The notes under the pieces: generated by a model
What the model saw: only the letters and a program-made list of their open reading frames with translations
What the model was told of the DNA's origin: nothing
The model's database searches: none
Position numbers and translations under genes: made by a program
Source of the DNA: Candidatus Roizmanbacteria bacterium
GTDB lineage: Bacteria > Patescibacteriota > Microgenomatia > UBA1406
DNA length: 64,000 nt
Assembly (NCBI GenBank): GCA_024654535.1
Contig: JANLHL010000038.1
Span: forward strand, 169,581-233,580
Direction of reading: 5' to 3'
In this document: in pieces, positions 10,000 to 17,688 of the stretch
Numbering within the stretch: position 1 is the first letter of the stretch
Layout of the letters: each line of letters begins with the position of its first letter

Positions 10000-10148
10000 C
10001 ATATCGAGGCAATAAGACATCAAAAATCAAACGTGCCCGTACCCATGGTTTTAGGCAAAGAAATAGTTCTGCAAAAGGAAGACTCGTTTTGAAAAGAAGA
10101 CGCATGAAAGGCCGAAAGAGCTTAACAGTGAGTGTGACACATTCGTGA
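9996..10148 (+). CDS. rpmH: 50S ribosomal protein L34
   Basis: It is absent from the ORF track because it is under 60 aa. The product is [50 protein letters not shown], which matches the L34 pattern (KR.R.HGFR.R..T..GR.VL.RRR.KGR..LTV). Its ATG overlaps the valS stop (ATGA) and its TGA overlaps the era GTG start (GTGA). Confidence 0.85.
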   Translation: MTYRGNKTSKIKRARTHGFRQRNSSAKGRLVLKRRRMKGRKSLTVSVTHS

Positions 10149-11008
10149 AGAAAGCTGGAATAGTTCTATTGATTGGTAGACCGAACGTTGGTAAATCGAC
10201 TCTCCTCAATACGTTGGTTGGCCAAAAGGTGAGCATTACTTCACCAAAACCACAAACGACTCGCTTTCCTATTCGCGCTGTTTTGGAAGATGAACGGGGT
10301 CAGCTCATATTCATAGATACACCAGGGATATTTAAAAAAGCAGAAGATGTTCTTTCTCGAGAAGTCAATCGGAAAACTCTGGCAACACTTGATGAAGAAT
10401 TTGACGTTGTTGTGTATATGGTAGATCCGACTCGTGCACGAAGCTTTGAAGAAGGACGCGTTTTGGGGATAGTTCGTAAAATCAACAAACCGGTGATCCT
10501 TGTATTTAACAAAATAGATCTTGAAACAAAACATATGGCAGAGTATGTCTTTATTCAAGATGAGGTTGCAGCAACCTATAAAATATCCGCCCTCAAAGAT
10601 AAACACATAAAACCATTCATAGAAGATGTATTCAGCAGAGTCGATAGAGAGTATCCACTTGTTGATATGACCGATAGCGTAACTCCTGCTTTAAATATGA
10701 ATAGTCGACTATTTTTACAGGAGATTATTCGTGAAAAAGTGTATCTTTTTACACGAGAAGAAGTGCCCTATAAAGTTGGAGTTGCAGTAGAAGAGATAAA
10801 AGAGCGCGACAATGGTAGTTTATATATAAAGGCGGTTGTTTATACAGTTGATAAACGATACAGAGGTATGTTAGTTGGGCGCCAAGGGAAAATGGTAAAA
10901 GAAATAGGTATGGCTGCTCGCAAAGAGCTTGAACGCTCGACAAACAAAAAAGTATTCTTAGATCTTCGCGTAGAGGCAAATCATCACTTGCAAGAAATGC
11001 TTGGTTAA
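10145..11008 (+). CDS. era: GTPase Era
   Basis: It has G1 [13 protein letters not shown]3 DTPG, G4 NKID and a C-terminal KH domain ([12 protein letters not shown]). The start codon is GTG. Confidence 0.9.
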   Translation: MKKAGIVLLIGRPNVGKSTLLNTLVGQKVSITSPKPQTTRFPIRAVLEDERGQLIFIDTPGIFKKAEDVLSREVNRKTLATLDEEFDVVVYMVDPTRARSFEEGRVLGIVRKINKPVILVFNKIDLETKHMAEYVFIQDEVAATYKISALKDKHIKPFIEDVFSRVDREYPLVDMTDSVTPALNMNSRLFLQEIIREKVYLFTREEVPYKVGVAVEEIKERDNGSLYIKAVVYTVDKRYRGMLVGRQGKMVKEIGMAARKELERSTNKKVFLDLRVEANHHLQEMLG

Positions 11009-11041
11009 TTGCAAATCATTCGCAATTAGTACCAAATCACT

Positions 11042-11069
11042 TTGAACAGTAGGTATTGTGTGGTATACT
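11042..11069 (+). promoter_or_regulatory. Strong sigma70-type promoter with extended -10
   Basis: TTGAAC (11042-47), 16-nt spacer, TGgTATACT (11061-69); an ATG follows 6 nt later at 11076. Confidence 0.55.
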
Positions 11070-11075
11070 GCAGTC

Positions 11076-11144
11076 ATGGTACATAACATTACTAACTCAT
11101 TAAGCATCTATTATGCCCTGAGGGTTGGTAATGATATGGTATAA
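11076..11144 (+). CDS. Candidate leaderless 22-codon small ORF (MVHNITNSLSIYYALRVGNDMV), or alternatively the 5' part of a ~116-nt small RNA
   Basis: The ATG lies 6 nt after an extended -10, the same geometry as 15 bona fide genes in this window. A TAA stop is at 11142-44 and an intrinsic terminator follows 22 nt later. I recognised no homology. Confidence 0.3.
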   Translation: MVHNITNSLSIYYALRVGNDMV

Positions 11145-11165
11145 AACCAAAAAATAGACATTACT

Positions 11166-11192
11166 AACCCCGACTAGCGTCGGGGTTTTTTA
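11166..11192 (+). terminator. Rho-independent terminator T1
   Basis: aaCCCCGAC-tagc-GTCGGGGtt followed by TTTTTT. Confidence 0.7.
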
Positions 11193-11249
11193 TTGCAAAA
11201 AATGTGTATAAAAAAACATAACAGAACAACCTATTATTACTATTTACTC

Positions 11250-11317
11250 TTTGGGGAGGAAGGCTATTATATGCCATAAATTTGAATTTAACTTTGACAA
11301 ATTTACACCTCCCCAAA
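11250..11317 (+). promoter_or_regulatory. Putative antiterminator helix / structured leader upstream of the GNAT-like/M20 operon
   Basis: tttGGGGAGG (11250-59) is the exact reverse complement of CCTCCCCaaa (11308-17), which overlaps the 5' arm of terminator T2. The enclosed segment has an AU hairpin, aaatttg (11278-84) with caaattt (11298-304). It also carries GGAGGAAGG followed by the mini-ORF ATG CCA TAA (11271-79). Confidence 0.35.
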
Positions 11318-11331
11318 CGGGGAGGTTTTTT
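11308..11331 (+). terminator. Rho-independent terminator T2, immediately upstream of the 11350 gene
   Basis: CCTCCCC-aaac-GGGGAGG followed by TTTTTT; it ends 19 nt before ATG 11350. Confidence 0.7.
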
Positions 11332-11349
11332 ATTAATTAATTATTAACT

Positions 11350-12384
11350 ATGAACATTGAAACAATTGAACAAAAAATTGGTGAACGAGAGCAGAGGATA
11401 CGTGATTTATCAATAACAGTCATTGAGCCTGAACAAAGTATAGGTCCAGAAATACAAGCTCAGTGGATGATTGATTTATTATCTAAAATATATGTCAATC
11501 ATGGAGTAACTCAAAATCCTCAAGGGGTAATTGATGCTATTGTGTCGGGCGACATGAGATGTTGGTTTGCGCTCGATGTAGATAACAGTCCAGTGAGTGT
11601 CGCAGCACTCATTGCTCAAAGGGACGGTGCGGTCGAGTTGGGTAGGGCTGTTGCGCTCCAGACGAACCAGGGAGTAGGAGGATTACTTATGTTAACAGCT
11701 GCACTCGATCATATTCAACATTCAGAACAACCGCTCGTGGCTGAAGTTCGAATGGCCGATGAATTTCATGGCGTGCACTCCTCGCATTCAACGCAAGTTA
11801 TAAGTTTCGGACACATCGGTCTTCATCCCCACGCGCTTGTGCCCGCTTTTCATCATGGTGAACCAAATAGGCAAGAACCTTTTGCATTCAGTTCTTCAAG
11901 GAAAATACTTGATCCTGAAAAAGCTTTTTTGGCTGATCCAACTGCACAGGTATGGCAAGCTACGCTTGGACTCATGCAGGAGTTTGCTCCGTCTATACAA
12001 GTTGAGATGTGTGAATCGGGTTCACTTGAGCATGGGTGGACAATTGTGCAAGAAAAGCCATTCGTCGTCGTTGTCCCTGAAAGAAGTACAACTACGAATC
12101 TAGATACAACGTTGCAAAGGGCAGATAATCTTGATGCGTTTACGCTGATACCCATAAGCCTTTCGTCAGAGATGGCAGGTGCTGTGAATGAATGTTTACG
12201 GCTAGGGCTTGTGCCTTGTGGTATAGATAGAAGCCTTGATGAGAATGGTCACCCACAGCTACTCATGGGAAGGTTAAGGCAAGGTACAATGCTCGCACCG
12301 ATGGTACAAGTTCCCAATGCACTGTCTCAAGCTCAATCTAGCGCTTTACGAGCAATTGATCAACAGTTTAGAAAGCAGATATGA
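11350..12384 (+). CDS. Hypothetical protein with two GNAT-like (acyl-CoA N-acyltransferase fold) halves; function unknown
   Basis: The N-half has AVELGRAVALQTNQGVGGLLMLTAAL, which resembles GNAT motif A, followed by ...FGHIGLHPHALVPAF. The C-half ends LRLGLVPCGIDRSLDENGHPQLLMGRL, the same (L)G(F/L)-x-P-x-G tail pattern. It is a real ORF of 344 aa, but the family call is tentative. Confidence 0.45.
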   Translation: MNIETIEQKIGEREQRIRDLSITVIEPEQSIGPEIQAQWMIDLLSKIYVNHGVTQNPQGVIDAIVSGDMRCWFALDVDNSPVSVAALIAQRDGAVELGRAVALQTNQGVGGLLMLTAALDHIQHSEQPLVAEVRMADEFHGVHSSHSTQVISFGHIGLHPHALVPAFHHGEPNRQEPFAFSSSRKILDPEKAFLADPTAQVWQATLGLMQEFAPSIQVEMCESGSLEHGWTIVQEKPFVVVVPERSTTTNLDTTLQRADNLDAFTLIPISLSSEMAGAVNECLRLGLVPCGIDRSLDENGHPQLLMGRLRQGTMLAPMVQVPNALSQAQSSALRAIDQQFRKQI

Positions 12385-13451
12385 TAAATCTTCTAAAAAA
12401 ACTAGTTCAATTCCAAAGCATATCAACAGATCAATCGGCGAATCGAGCTATTCTTACATATTGCCAAACATATCTTCGTGATGTAAATATAGCCAGCGCC
12501 ATAAAGATGTTCAATGGAAAACCTATATTGTGGTGGGGAACGCCGCCTCATAATGCAACATTTCTTTTTAATACACACTGCGACGTAGTGCCTGGAACTC
12601 AGAGTGTATTCATTCCACATCAAGTAAAAAACAGGCTCTATGGTCGTGGTACCGCCGATGCGAAATGTAACGTAGCACTACTATTATCAATTACTCAAGA
12701 GCTGGGATGGTTATTTAAAAAAAAGGGGATTATGTGTGCTATTTCGTGTGACGAAGAAATAGGTGGTGCATCCACAAAAAAATTATTATCTCGCATGTCT
12801 GCATTGAAATTTGGTATTTTTGGCGAGCCAACAAATATGCATATCGTTCATGAGGCAAAAGGAATTATGCAGGTATGTTTGACTCAAAAAGGAAAATCTG
12901 CACATGGCTCTCGCCCATGGGATGGAAAAAATGCCATAGAACAACTGACGGAAAAACTCTACGTATTTCGACAACACATTCCATCGCCTTTAAAAGAGAC
13001 AAAAAATACAACGTATAATTTTTCTCTTATTACCGGCGGCAGTGCTATTAATCAAATCCCTGACTCGTGCCAACTTAAGATAGATATACGTGTTAGTCCG
13101 CATGATACGCCTGAAGAAATAACGACACGTCTCAAAAAATATTTTTTAGATTGTGAAATATCAGTTTTAAAAAGTGAAAGTTGTGTTTCGACTGACAAGA
13201 ACAATGTTTGGGTTCGCCAATTTGCGTATTCTGTACAGAAATATAATAAAAATTCTCACTTTGCTTTTGAACATGGTAGCTCAGATGCACGTCACGCCAG
13301 TGCGCGCGCCATTCCTGCAGTAGTTTTTGGTCCCGTAGGGGGTAATTTACATCAAGAAAGAGAGTGGGTCGACGTACCAAGTATTTCTGTGTCCAGAAAT
13401 GTGCTCAAGAATTTCATTGTAAATATCGCTGAAGTAATATCGAGGCAATAA
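12381..13451 (+). CDS. M20 family metallopeptidase/deacylase (ArgE/DapE-like)
   Basis: Motifs seen: HCDVVPG, GRGTADAKCNVA, CDEEIGG and SDARH. The ATG overlaps the upstream stop (ATGA at 12381-84). Confidence 0.8.
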   Translation: MINLLKKLVQFQSISTDQSANRAILTYCQTYLRDVNIASAIKMFNGKPILWWGTPPHNATFLFNTHCDVVPGTQSVFIPHQVKNRLYGRGTADAKCNVALLLSITQELGWLFKKKGIMCAISCDEEIGGASTKKLLSRMSALKFGIFGEPTNMHIVHEAKGIMQVCLTQKGKSAHGSRPWDGKNAIEQLTEKLYVFRQHIPSPLKETKNTTYNFSLITGGSAINQIPDSCQLKIDIRVSPHDTPEEITTRLKKYFLDCEISVLKSESCVSTDKNNVWVRQFAYSVQKYNKNSHFAFEHGSSDARHASARAIPAVVFGPVGGNLHQEREWVDVPSISVSRNVLKNFIVNIAEVISRQ

Positions 13452-13462
13452 AGTTGTATTTG

Positions 13463-14245
13463 TTACTTTATTTCAAACACGACTGTTGCTGTAGCAGATT
13501 CAAGAGAACTTCCCTCTTGAGCGGGCATGGTTGTTTTTTCCATACCCATCATACTTGTTGCAGTATTGACGAGATCGTATCCCTGGTATGGAGTATATGA
13601 GAAACCTTCCGTAATGGAAAGTATCTTGCCTATGTGTATTTTTTGCGCTTTTGCAATTTTTTCTGCCTTTGCTTGTGCGTCGGCGACTGCAAGAGTTAAA
13701 AGATCATGATTTGCTGTTTTTGTATCATCTTGACGAAAGTTAGGCCCATTCACATTTTTTGCCTCGCTATTTACAAGGTAGGTTTGAATAGATTCAACTT
13801 TATTTGTATCTCTGATTGTTATTTCCAGTGAGCTTGATACTATCCAATCACCCGGCCGCGTTAAGTATACTCCCTTCGTGTCTTGATAGGGAATTTGTTC
13901 CTGTCGTTCAGAGACACGGCTCGTTTTTAAATCTTCTTCAGCAATTCCATTGGTCTTAAGCCAGCTAACAATAGTGGTCATACTTTGTGCAGCGTCATTT
14001 GCAGCTTTTGTCTTGTCCGCATCTTTACCTTCCACTTGTAATGAGAATGAAGCGAGGGTATTTTTATTATTCTGTTTCGCAGTGCCATACACAGTGATAG
14101 TTCTTTTTTGCTGTATGAGGCTTGTGCTGCTATTAGCTGTATTTCTGGTGAACAGCGAATAGAAAACTGCAGAAAGCAGTACAACAAATCCGAGTAGTGC
14201 GATGATGCTTGTTTTGTTTTGCATAGTTAAATAATGATGGCACAT
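13463..14245 (-). CDS. SIMPL/DUF541-family secreted protein with N-terminal membrane anchor
   Basis: It has an N-terminal TM (IIALLGFVVLLSAVFY) and the typical DUF541 layout (ITVYGTA..., ...DAAQSMTTIVSWLKTNGIAEEDLKTS..., ...DAQAKAEKIAKA...). The true start may be internal ATG 14224 (MQNKTS). Confidence 0.7.
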   Translation of the reverse strand: MCHHYLTMQNKTSIIALLGFVVLLSAVFYSLFTRNTANSSTSLIQQKRTITVYGTAKQNNKNTLASFSLQVEGKDADKTKAANDAAQSMTTIVSWLKTNGIAEEDLKTSRVSERQEQIPYQDTKGVYLTRPGDWIVSSSLEITIRDTNKVESIQTYLVNSEAKNVNGPNFRQDDTKTANHDLLTLAVADAQAKAEKIAKAQKIHIGKILSITEGFSYTPYQGYDLVNTATSMMGMEKTTMPAQEGSSLESATATVVFEIK

Positions 14246-14343
14246 TCTACAAAAATAAGCAATATTTGCGTATGAAAATTTTATCCTAGATCAAGCTCAT
14301 GAACGCGTTGGTACATAATTAATGACTTATAATATATATTATT

Positions 14344-14352
14344 TGTTATAAT
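14344..14352 (+). promoter_or_regulatory. Extended -10 element
   Basis: TGtTATAAT ends 5 nt before ATG 14358. Confidence 0.5.
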
Positions 14353-14357
14353 CATGT

Positions 14358-15113
14358 ATGGAGTCTGAATTACATTGGAGGCAAAAGGTAGCGGACCAAA
14401 TAAAAGATGCTTGGAGAAGAGAAAAACAAGGTTGGCAAGGGCCTGAAAGTGATTCTTATAATACGACTCGGAGAGGTCTAGACTATATTCATGCATTAGG
14501 AGGCATATCGGCAACGGCTAAGTATGTGGATACTTCATTTGCAGGTATGCCTATTTTAGATATAGGTGCTGGATCGACTATTGGGATTGCAGAATTGCAA
14601 GAGTGTTTTTTCCCGACACATACGGCATGGGGAACAGTATTATCGAGACCACAACAGCCATTAAATAATTTCTCCACTCTTCCGTCCGATCGTGTCGTTT
14701 TCACACCCGCAGAAACGCTCAGCGGTTTATATAGAGAATTTATTGGTTCACAGCCGAATTTTGCATTAGTTACCGGCGTCATGTCAATTGTTTATAGCAG
14801 AGCACCTGAGCAGTGTATACGTGCGATAAGTAAGATACTACCAGATGGTGGGATAGTTAAACTTTGTCTGTCAAACTCATATTGGGGTGATAATAACACT
14901 ATGCTTTGTGCTATGGACTTTTATGCTAAATTTATAGTTGCTGGTTATGGAACTTCATATTTACGAAATCTTCGCTGTGGTGATAGCATAGTTGACGTAG
15001 TACTTGCTGTAAAAGGGAGAGATAAAAGCTTCGCAATAAACATGATAAATAATGACCTGTGGAGTAGAAAGAATGATGCAATTAAAATGGAGAAATTCTA
15101 TACATCAAGTTAA
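14358..15113 (+). CDS. Hypothetical protein, possible class I SAM-dependent methyltransferase fold
   Basis: ILDIGAGSTIG resembles motif I, and later ALVTGVMSIVY and ILPDGGIVKL resemble motifs II and III. The rest is unrecognised. Confidence 0.4.
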   Translation: MESELHWRQKVADQIKDAWRREKQGWQGPESDSYNTTRRGLDYIHALGGISATAKYVDTSFAGMPILDIGAGSTIGIAELQECFFPTHTAWGTVLSRPQQPLNNFSTLPSDRVVFTPAETLSGLYREFIGSQPNFALVTGVMSIVYSRAPEQCIRAISKILPDGGIVKLCLSNSYWGDNNTMLCAMDFYAKFIVAGYGTSYLRNLRCGDSIVDVVLAVKGRDKSFAINMINNDLWSRKNDAIKMEKFYTSS

Positions 15114-16516
15114 CAAAAAGCCTTTATTCTTGTAGAACACACATCTTTTCCCAATAATTCCATAGATTCGTTTAAGGGTGGAGAGATTTTTTTACCGGTT
15201 ACTGCGACACGAAGCATCATAAAAAACGCACTATTTGATAAGCCATGTTTTTGAGCAATCTTTTCCATATGAGTGCCAATAGACGTTGCATTCCACGTGT
15301 TTACCTTGTCAATCTCGTTTGTAACATCTTTTAATACTTCTTTTTTATCGGTAAGATTTACTTCATAACTGTCTGGTTTTTGAAAAAAGAAAGAACAGAG
15401 TGTCCAATAATCTGAAAGTTTTTTTATTCGTTCACGAATAAGAGGGATAGTTTTTTCAACAAGAATTGGATCAACTTCTCTCTTGTTATATTTCTTTTCG
15501 TATTCAACGATTTTTATCGTTACCTTTTCGGTTTTCAATGTGCGAATATACATCCCATTCATCCATTCAAGCTTTGTGACATCAAAGACAGGGCCAACTG
15601 GTTGCAAATCCTTCAGTTCGAAAACCTGTATAAATTCTTCTAAAGAAAAGATTTCTTTCTGTTGTGGGTGGCTCCAACCCATAAGTGCAAAATAGTTTAG
15701 AACTGTTTCTGGCAAATAGCCCTGTGCTAAGTACCATGAGGCCCATACTGGATTTTTACGTTTAGAAAGCTTGCTCTTGTCTGGATTTCTCAAAATTGGT
15801 GAATGGGCAAATATGGGCAGTTCCCATCCAAACGCTTTATATAAAATCACATGTTTCGGTGTTGAGGAAAGCCATTCTTCACCACGAATTATATGCGTAA
15901 TTTTCATAAGATGGTCATCAATTACCACCGCTAAGTGATAGGTAGGATAACCATCGGATTTTAATAGTACTTGGTCATCAAGAATATTATTTTGTATGGT
16001 AATTGATCCTCGAATAACGTCCGTAATAGTTGTTTCACCTTCTGGTACACGTAAGCGCACTACATAGGGAATTTTGTTGTTTAATTTTTCGGCTATTTCT
16101 CTTTCCGTTAACGAAAGACAGTGTCTATCATATTTTGGTTGCTTTTTTTCTTTTTGCTGCTGTTCACGAAGTATGGATAATCTTTCTTGGGTGCAAAAAC
16201 AATAATAGGCATGTTTATTTGCGAGTAATTCCTTTGTATATTCATGATATATATTGAGTCGTTCGGACTGACGGTACGGTGCATATGGTCCACCATTGCG
16301 AGTCCCCTCGTCAGGAGTGAGGCCAAACGAATCGAGGCTGTTTAAGATATTTTTTTCCGAACCTTCAACTAATCGTGTTCTATCAGTATCTTCTATACGT
16401 ACAATAAATTGTCCGTTATTTTTGCGTGCCCATACCCAGTTGATTAAAGCAGTATATAAGTTCCCTATGTGTAAATCTGACCCAGTTGGAGATGGTGCAA
16501 TGCGTGTTCGAACCAT
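15110..16516 (-). CDS. gltX: Glutamyl-tRNA synthetase
   Basis: Motifs seen: RIAPSPTGSDLHIGN (HIGH region) and KLSKRK (KMSKS). I start at ATG 16516 (MVRTRIAPSP), which is 6 nt after TATACT (16528..16523). The ORF-track start at 16534 is an upstream TTG. Confidence 0.9.
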   Translation of the reverse strand: MVRTRIAPSPTGSDLHIGNLYTALINWVWARKNNGQFIVRIEDTDRTRLVEGSEKNILNSLDSFGLTPDEGTRNGGPYAPYRQSERLNIYHEYTKELLANKHAYYCFCTQERLSILREQQQKEKKQPKYDRHCLSLTEREIAEKLNNKIPYVVRLRVPEGETTITDVIRGSITIQNNILDDQVLLKSDGYPTYHLAVVIDDHLMKITHIIRGEEWLSSTPKHVILYKAFGWELPIFAHSPILRNPDKSKLSKRKNPVWASWYLAQGYLPETVLNYFALMGWSHPQQKEIFSLEEFIQVFELKDLQPVGPVFDVTKLEWMNGMYIRTLKTEKVTIKIVEYEKKYNKREVDPILVEKTIPLIRERIKKLSDYWTLCSFFFQKPDSYEVNLTDKKEVLKDVTNEIDKVNTWNATSIGTHMEKIAQKHGLSNSAFFMMLRVAVTGKKISPPLNESMELLGKDVCSTRIKAFC

Positions 16517-16546
16517 GTGCCAAGTATATACCAAAGTTAATGGAGT

Positions 16547-16555
16547 TGCTATACT
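16547..16555 (+). promoter_or_regulatory. Extended -10 element, divergent from the gltX -10 box
   Basis: TGcTATACT ends 6 nt before ATG 16562. Confidence 0.5.
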
Positions 16556-16561
16556 GTTACA

Positions 16562-17656
16562 ATGACACTGTCAGAGCTTTCATATAATGTTCGCACGTAT
16601 GGAAAAGTGGCTGGTATTTTTTTTGTTTTCGTCATTATTTTTTATGCAGTCATAGTATTGGTTCTTTCATCAACAGGTAAAAACTCAAATGTACCTGAGG
16701 CGAATGGTTTGAATCCAAAATTTGGCTCAATTCAGAAAGTAGTCTTTGAAGAACCCTTACAGACTGAAAAGCTTTCTTTTGTGCTAGATACCATTGATGG
16801 AGCGTACCCGAGTGCCACATCAAGTGCCTCTGTTTATTATGTGAAGTTACCGGATATTACTTTGGTTTATCTTAAACGCGTAGAACAAATCGCAAAAAAC
16901 TTTGGCTTTGATGTTGAAAAAACACCCTATACGCGCATAGATGATGCGTGGGTAAAATATGAGAGTGACATGGCAGTTCTCAACATAAATACCCGTACAT
17001 TCCATTATTTTTTTACTCTAAAACCAGCGAATAAGCTCCAAGAACTTTTATCTGCAAGTTCTTCTGCAGACATAGCTACTGCACAAGATACGCTCACCAA
17101 TAGGGCAACAAGCGCATTATCGAGTCAGGATTCTTATCCAGAAAATATAGCGACTGGTAAGAAAAATATGGTGTATTTACGATATGATTATGCGACACTT
17201 AGCTGGGTCCCTGCGCCGGATAGTGAAGTTCCTCAAGCTGTACGAATAGATTATTTCAGACAGGATGCTCAATTACCATTTGTTTCGCCCCGATTTTTTT
17301 CAAGTCAGAACTATGTCATTTTAGCTCCTGTAGGTCCAGAGGGTGAAACAGCTGAGATGTCGTATAAAAATTTTACTACTATAGACGATGGCGGATCTTT
17401 CTATCCACTGATTTCTCCAACTGATGCTTGGAAGAGATTAGAGGAGGGAAAGGTAACGACAGTTTTTTTAGCTCCAGAGCATACTCTTCCCATAAAAATA
17501 CGTGATTTTTATCTTGCATACTACGATCCAGAGAGCTATCAAGAGTATATTCAACCCATCTTTGTTTTTCTCGGTAGTGATAACTATGTTGGGTATACTC
17601 CTGCGGTTAAAGACGAATATTTGCTTGATAATACAACTCAAAGCCCAACTCCATAG
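16562..17656 (+). CDS. Hypothetical N-terminally anchored extracytoplasmic protein (364 aa)
   Basis: It has a single N-terminal TM (VAGIFFVFVIIFYAVIVLVLSS) and a soluble remainder. I recognised no family. Confidence 0.5.
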   Translation: MTLSELSYNVRTYGKVAGIFFVFVIIFYAVIVLVLSSTGKNSNVPEANGLNPKFGSIQKVVFEEPLQTEKLSFVLDTIDGAYPSATSSASVYYVKLPDITLVYLKRVEQIAKNFGFDVEKTPYTRIDDAWVKYESDMAVLNINTRTFHYFFTLKPANKLQELLSASSSADIATAQDTLTNRATSALSSQDSYPENIATGKKNMVYLRYDYATLSWVPAPDSEVPQAVRIDYFRQDAQLPFVSPRFFSSQNYVILAPVGPEGETAEMSYKNFTTIDDGGSFYPLISPTDAWKRLEEGKVTTVFLAPEHTLPIKIRDFYLAYYDPESYQEYIQPIFVFLGSDNYVGYTPAVKDEYLLDNTTQSPTP

Positions 17657-17688
17657 AATACCTCTTTGGATGAATATGTACTGTATTG

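Noticed and set aside
11294-11299. A consensus TTGACA hexamer just upstream of terminator T2, considered as the -35 of the GNAT-like operon.
   Set aside because: The position 17 nt downstream falls inside the G/C terminator stem, and no -10-like hexamer is there.
11250-11331. The GGGGAGG…CCTCCCC rod-like RNA considered as an SRP (4.5S) RNA or another known small RNA.
   Set aside because: It lacks the conserved domain IV features (GGAA/GNAR tetraloop with symmetric AGCA-type loops) and is too short and AU-rich. I could not match it to any known class by eye.
11009-11349. A tRNA or other structured RNA gene in the largest intergenic gap, and in the other gaps over 80 bp.
   Set aside because: I found no cloverleaf-compatible arms or a GTTCGAATC-type T-loop. 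The gaps are explained by promoters, terminators and the leader described above.
11076-13451. The sORF + GNAT + peptidase locus considered as a GNAT toxin-antitoxin pair or a microcin-C-like/RiPP cluster.
   Set aside because: GNAT toxins are ~170 aa with an RHH antitoxin partner, which is absent here. No adenylyltransferase (MccB-like), transporter or other RiPP maturation gene is present. The idea is left as speculation only.
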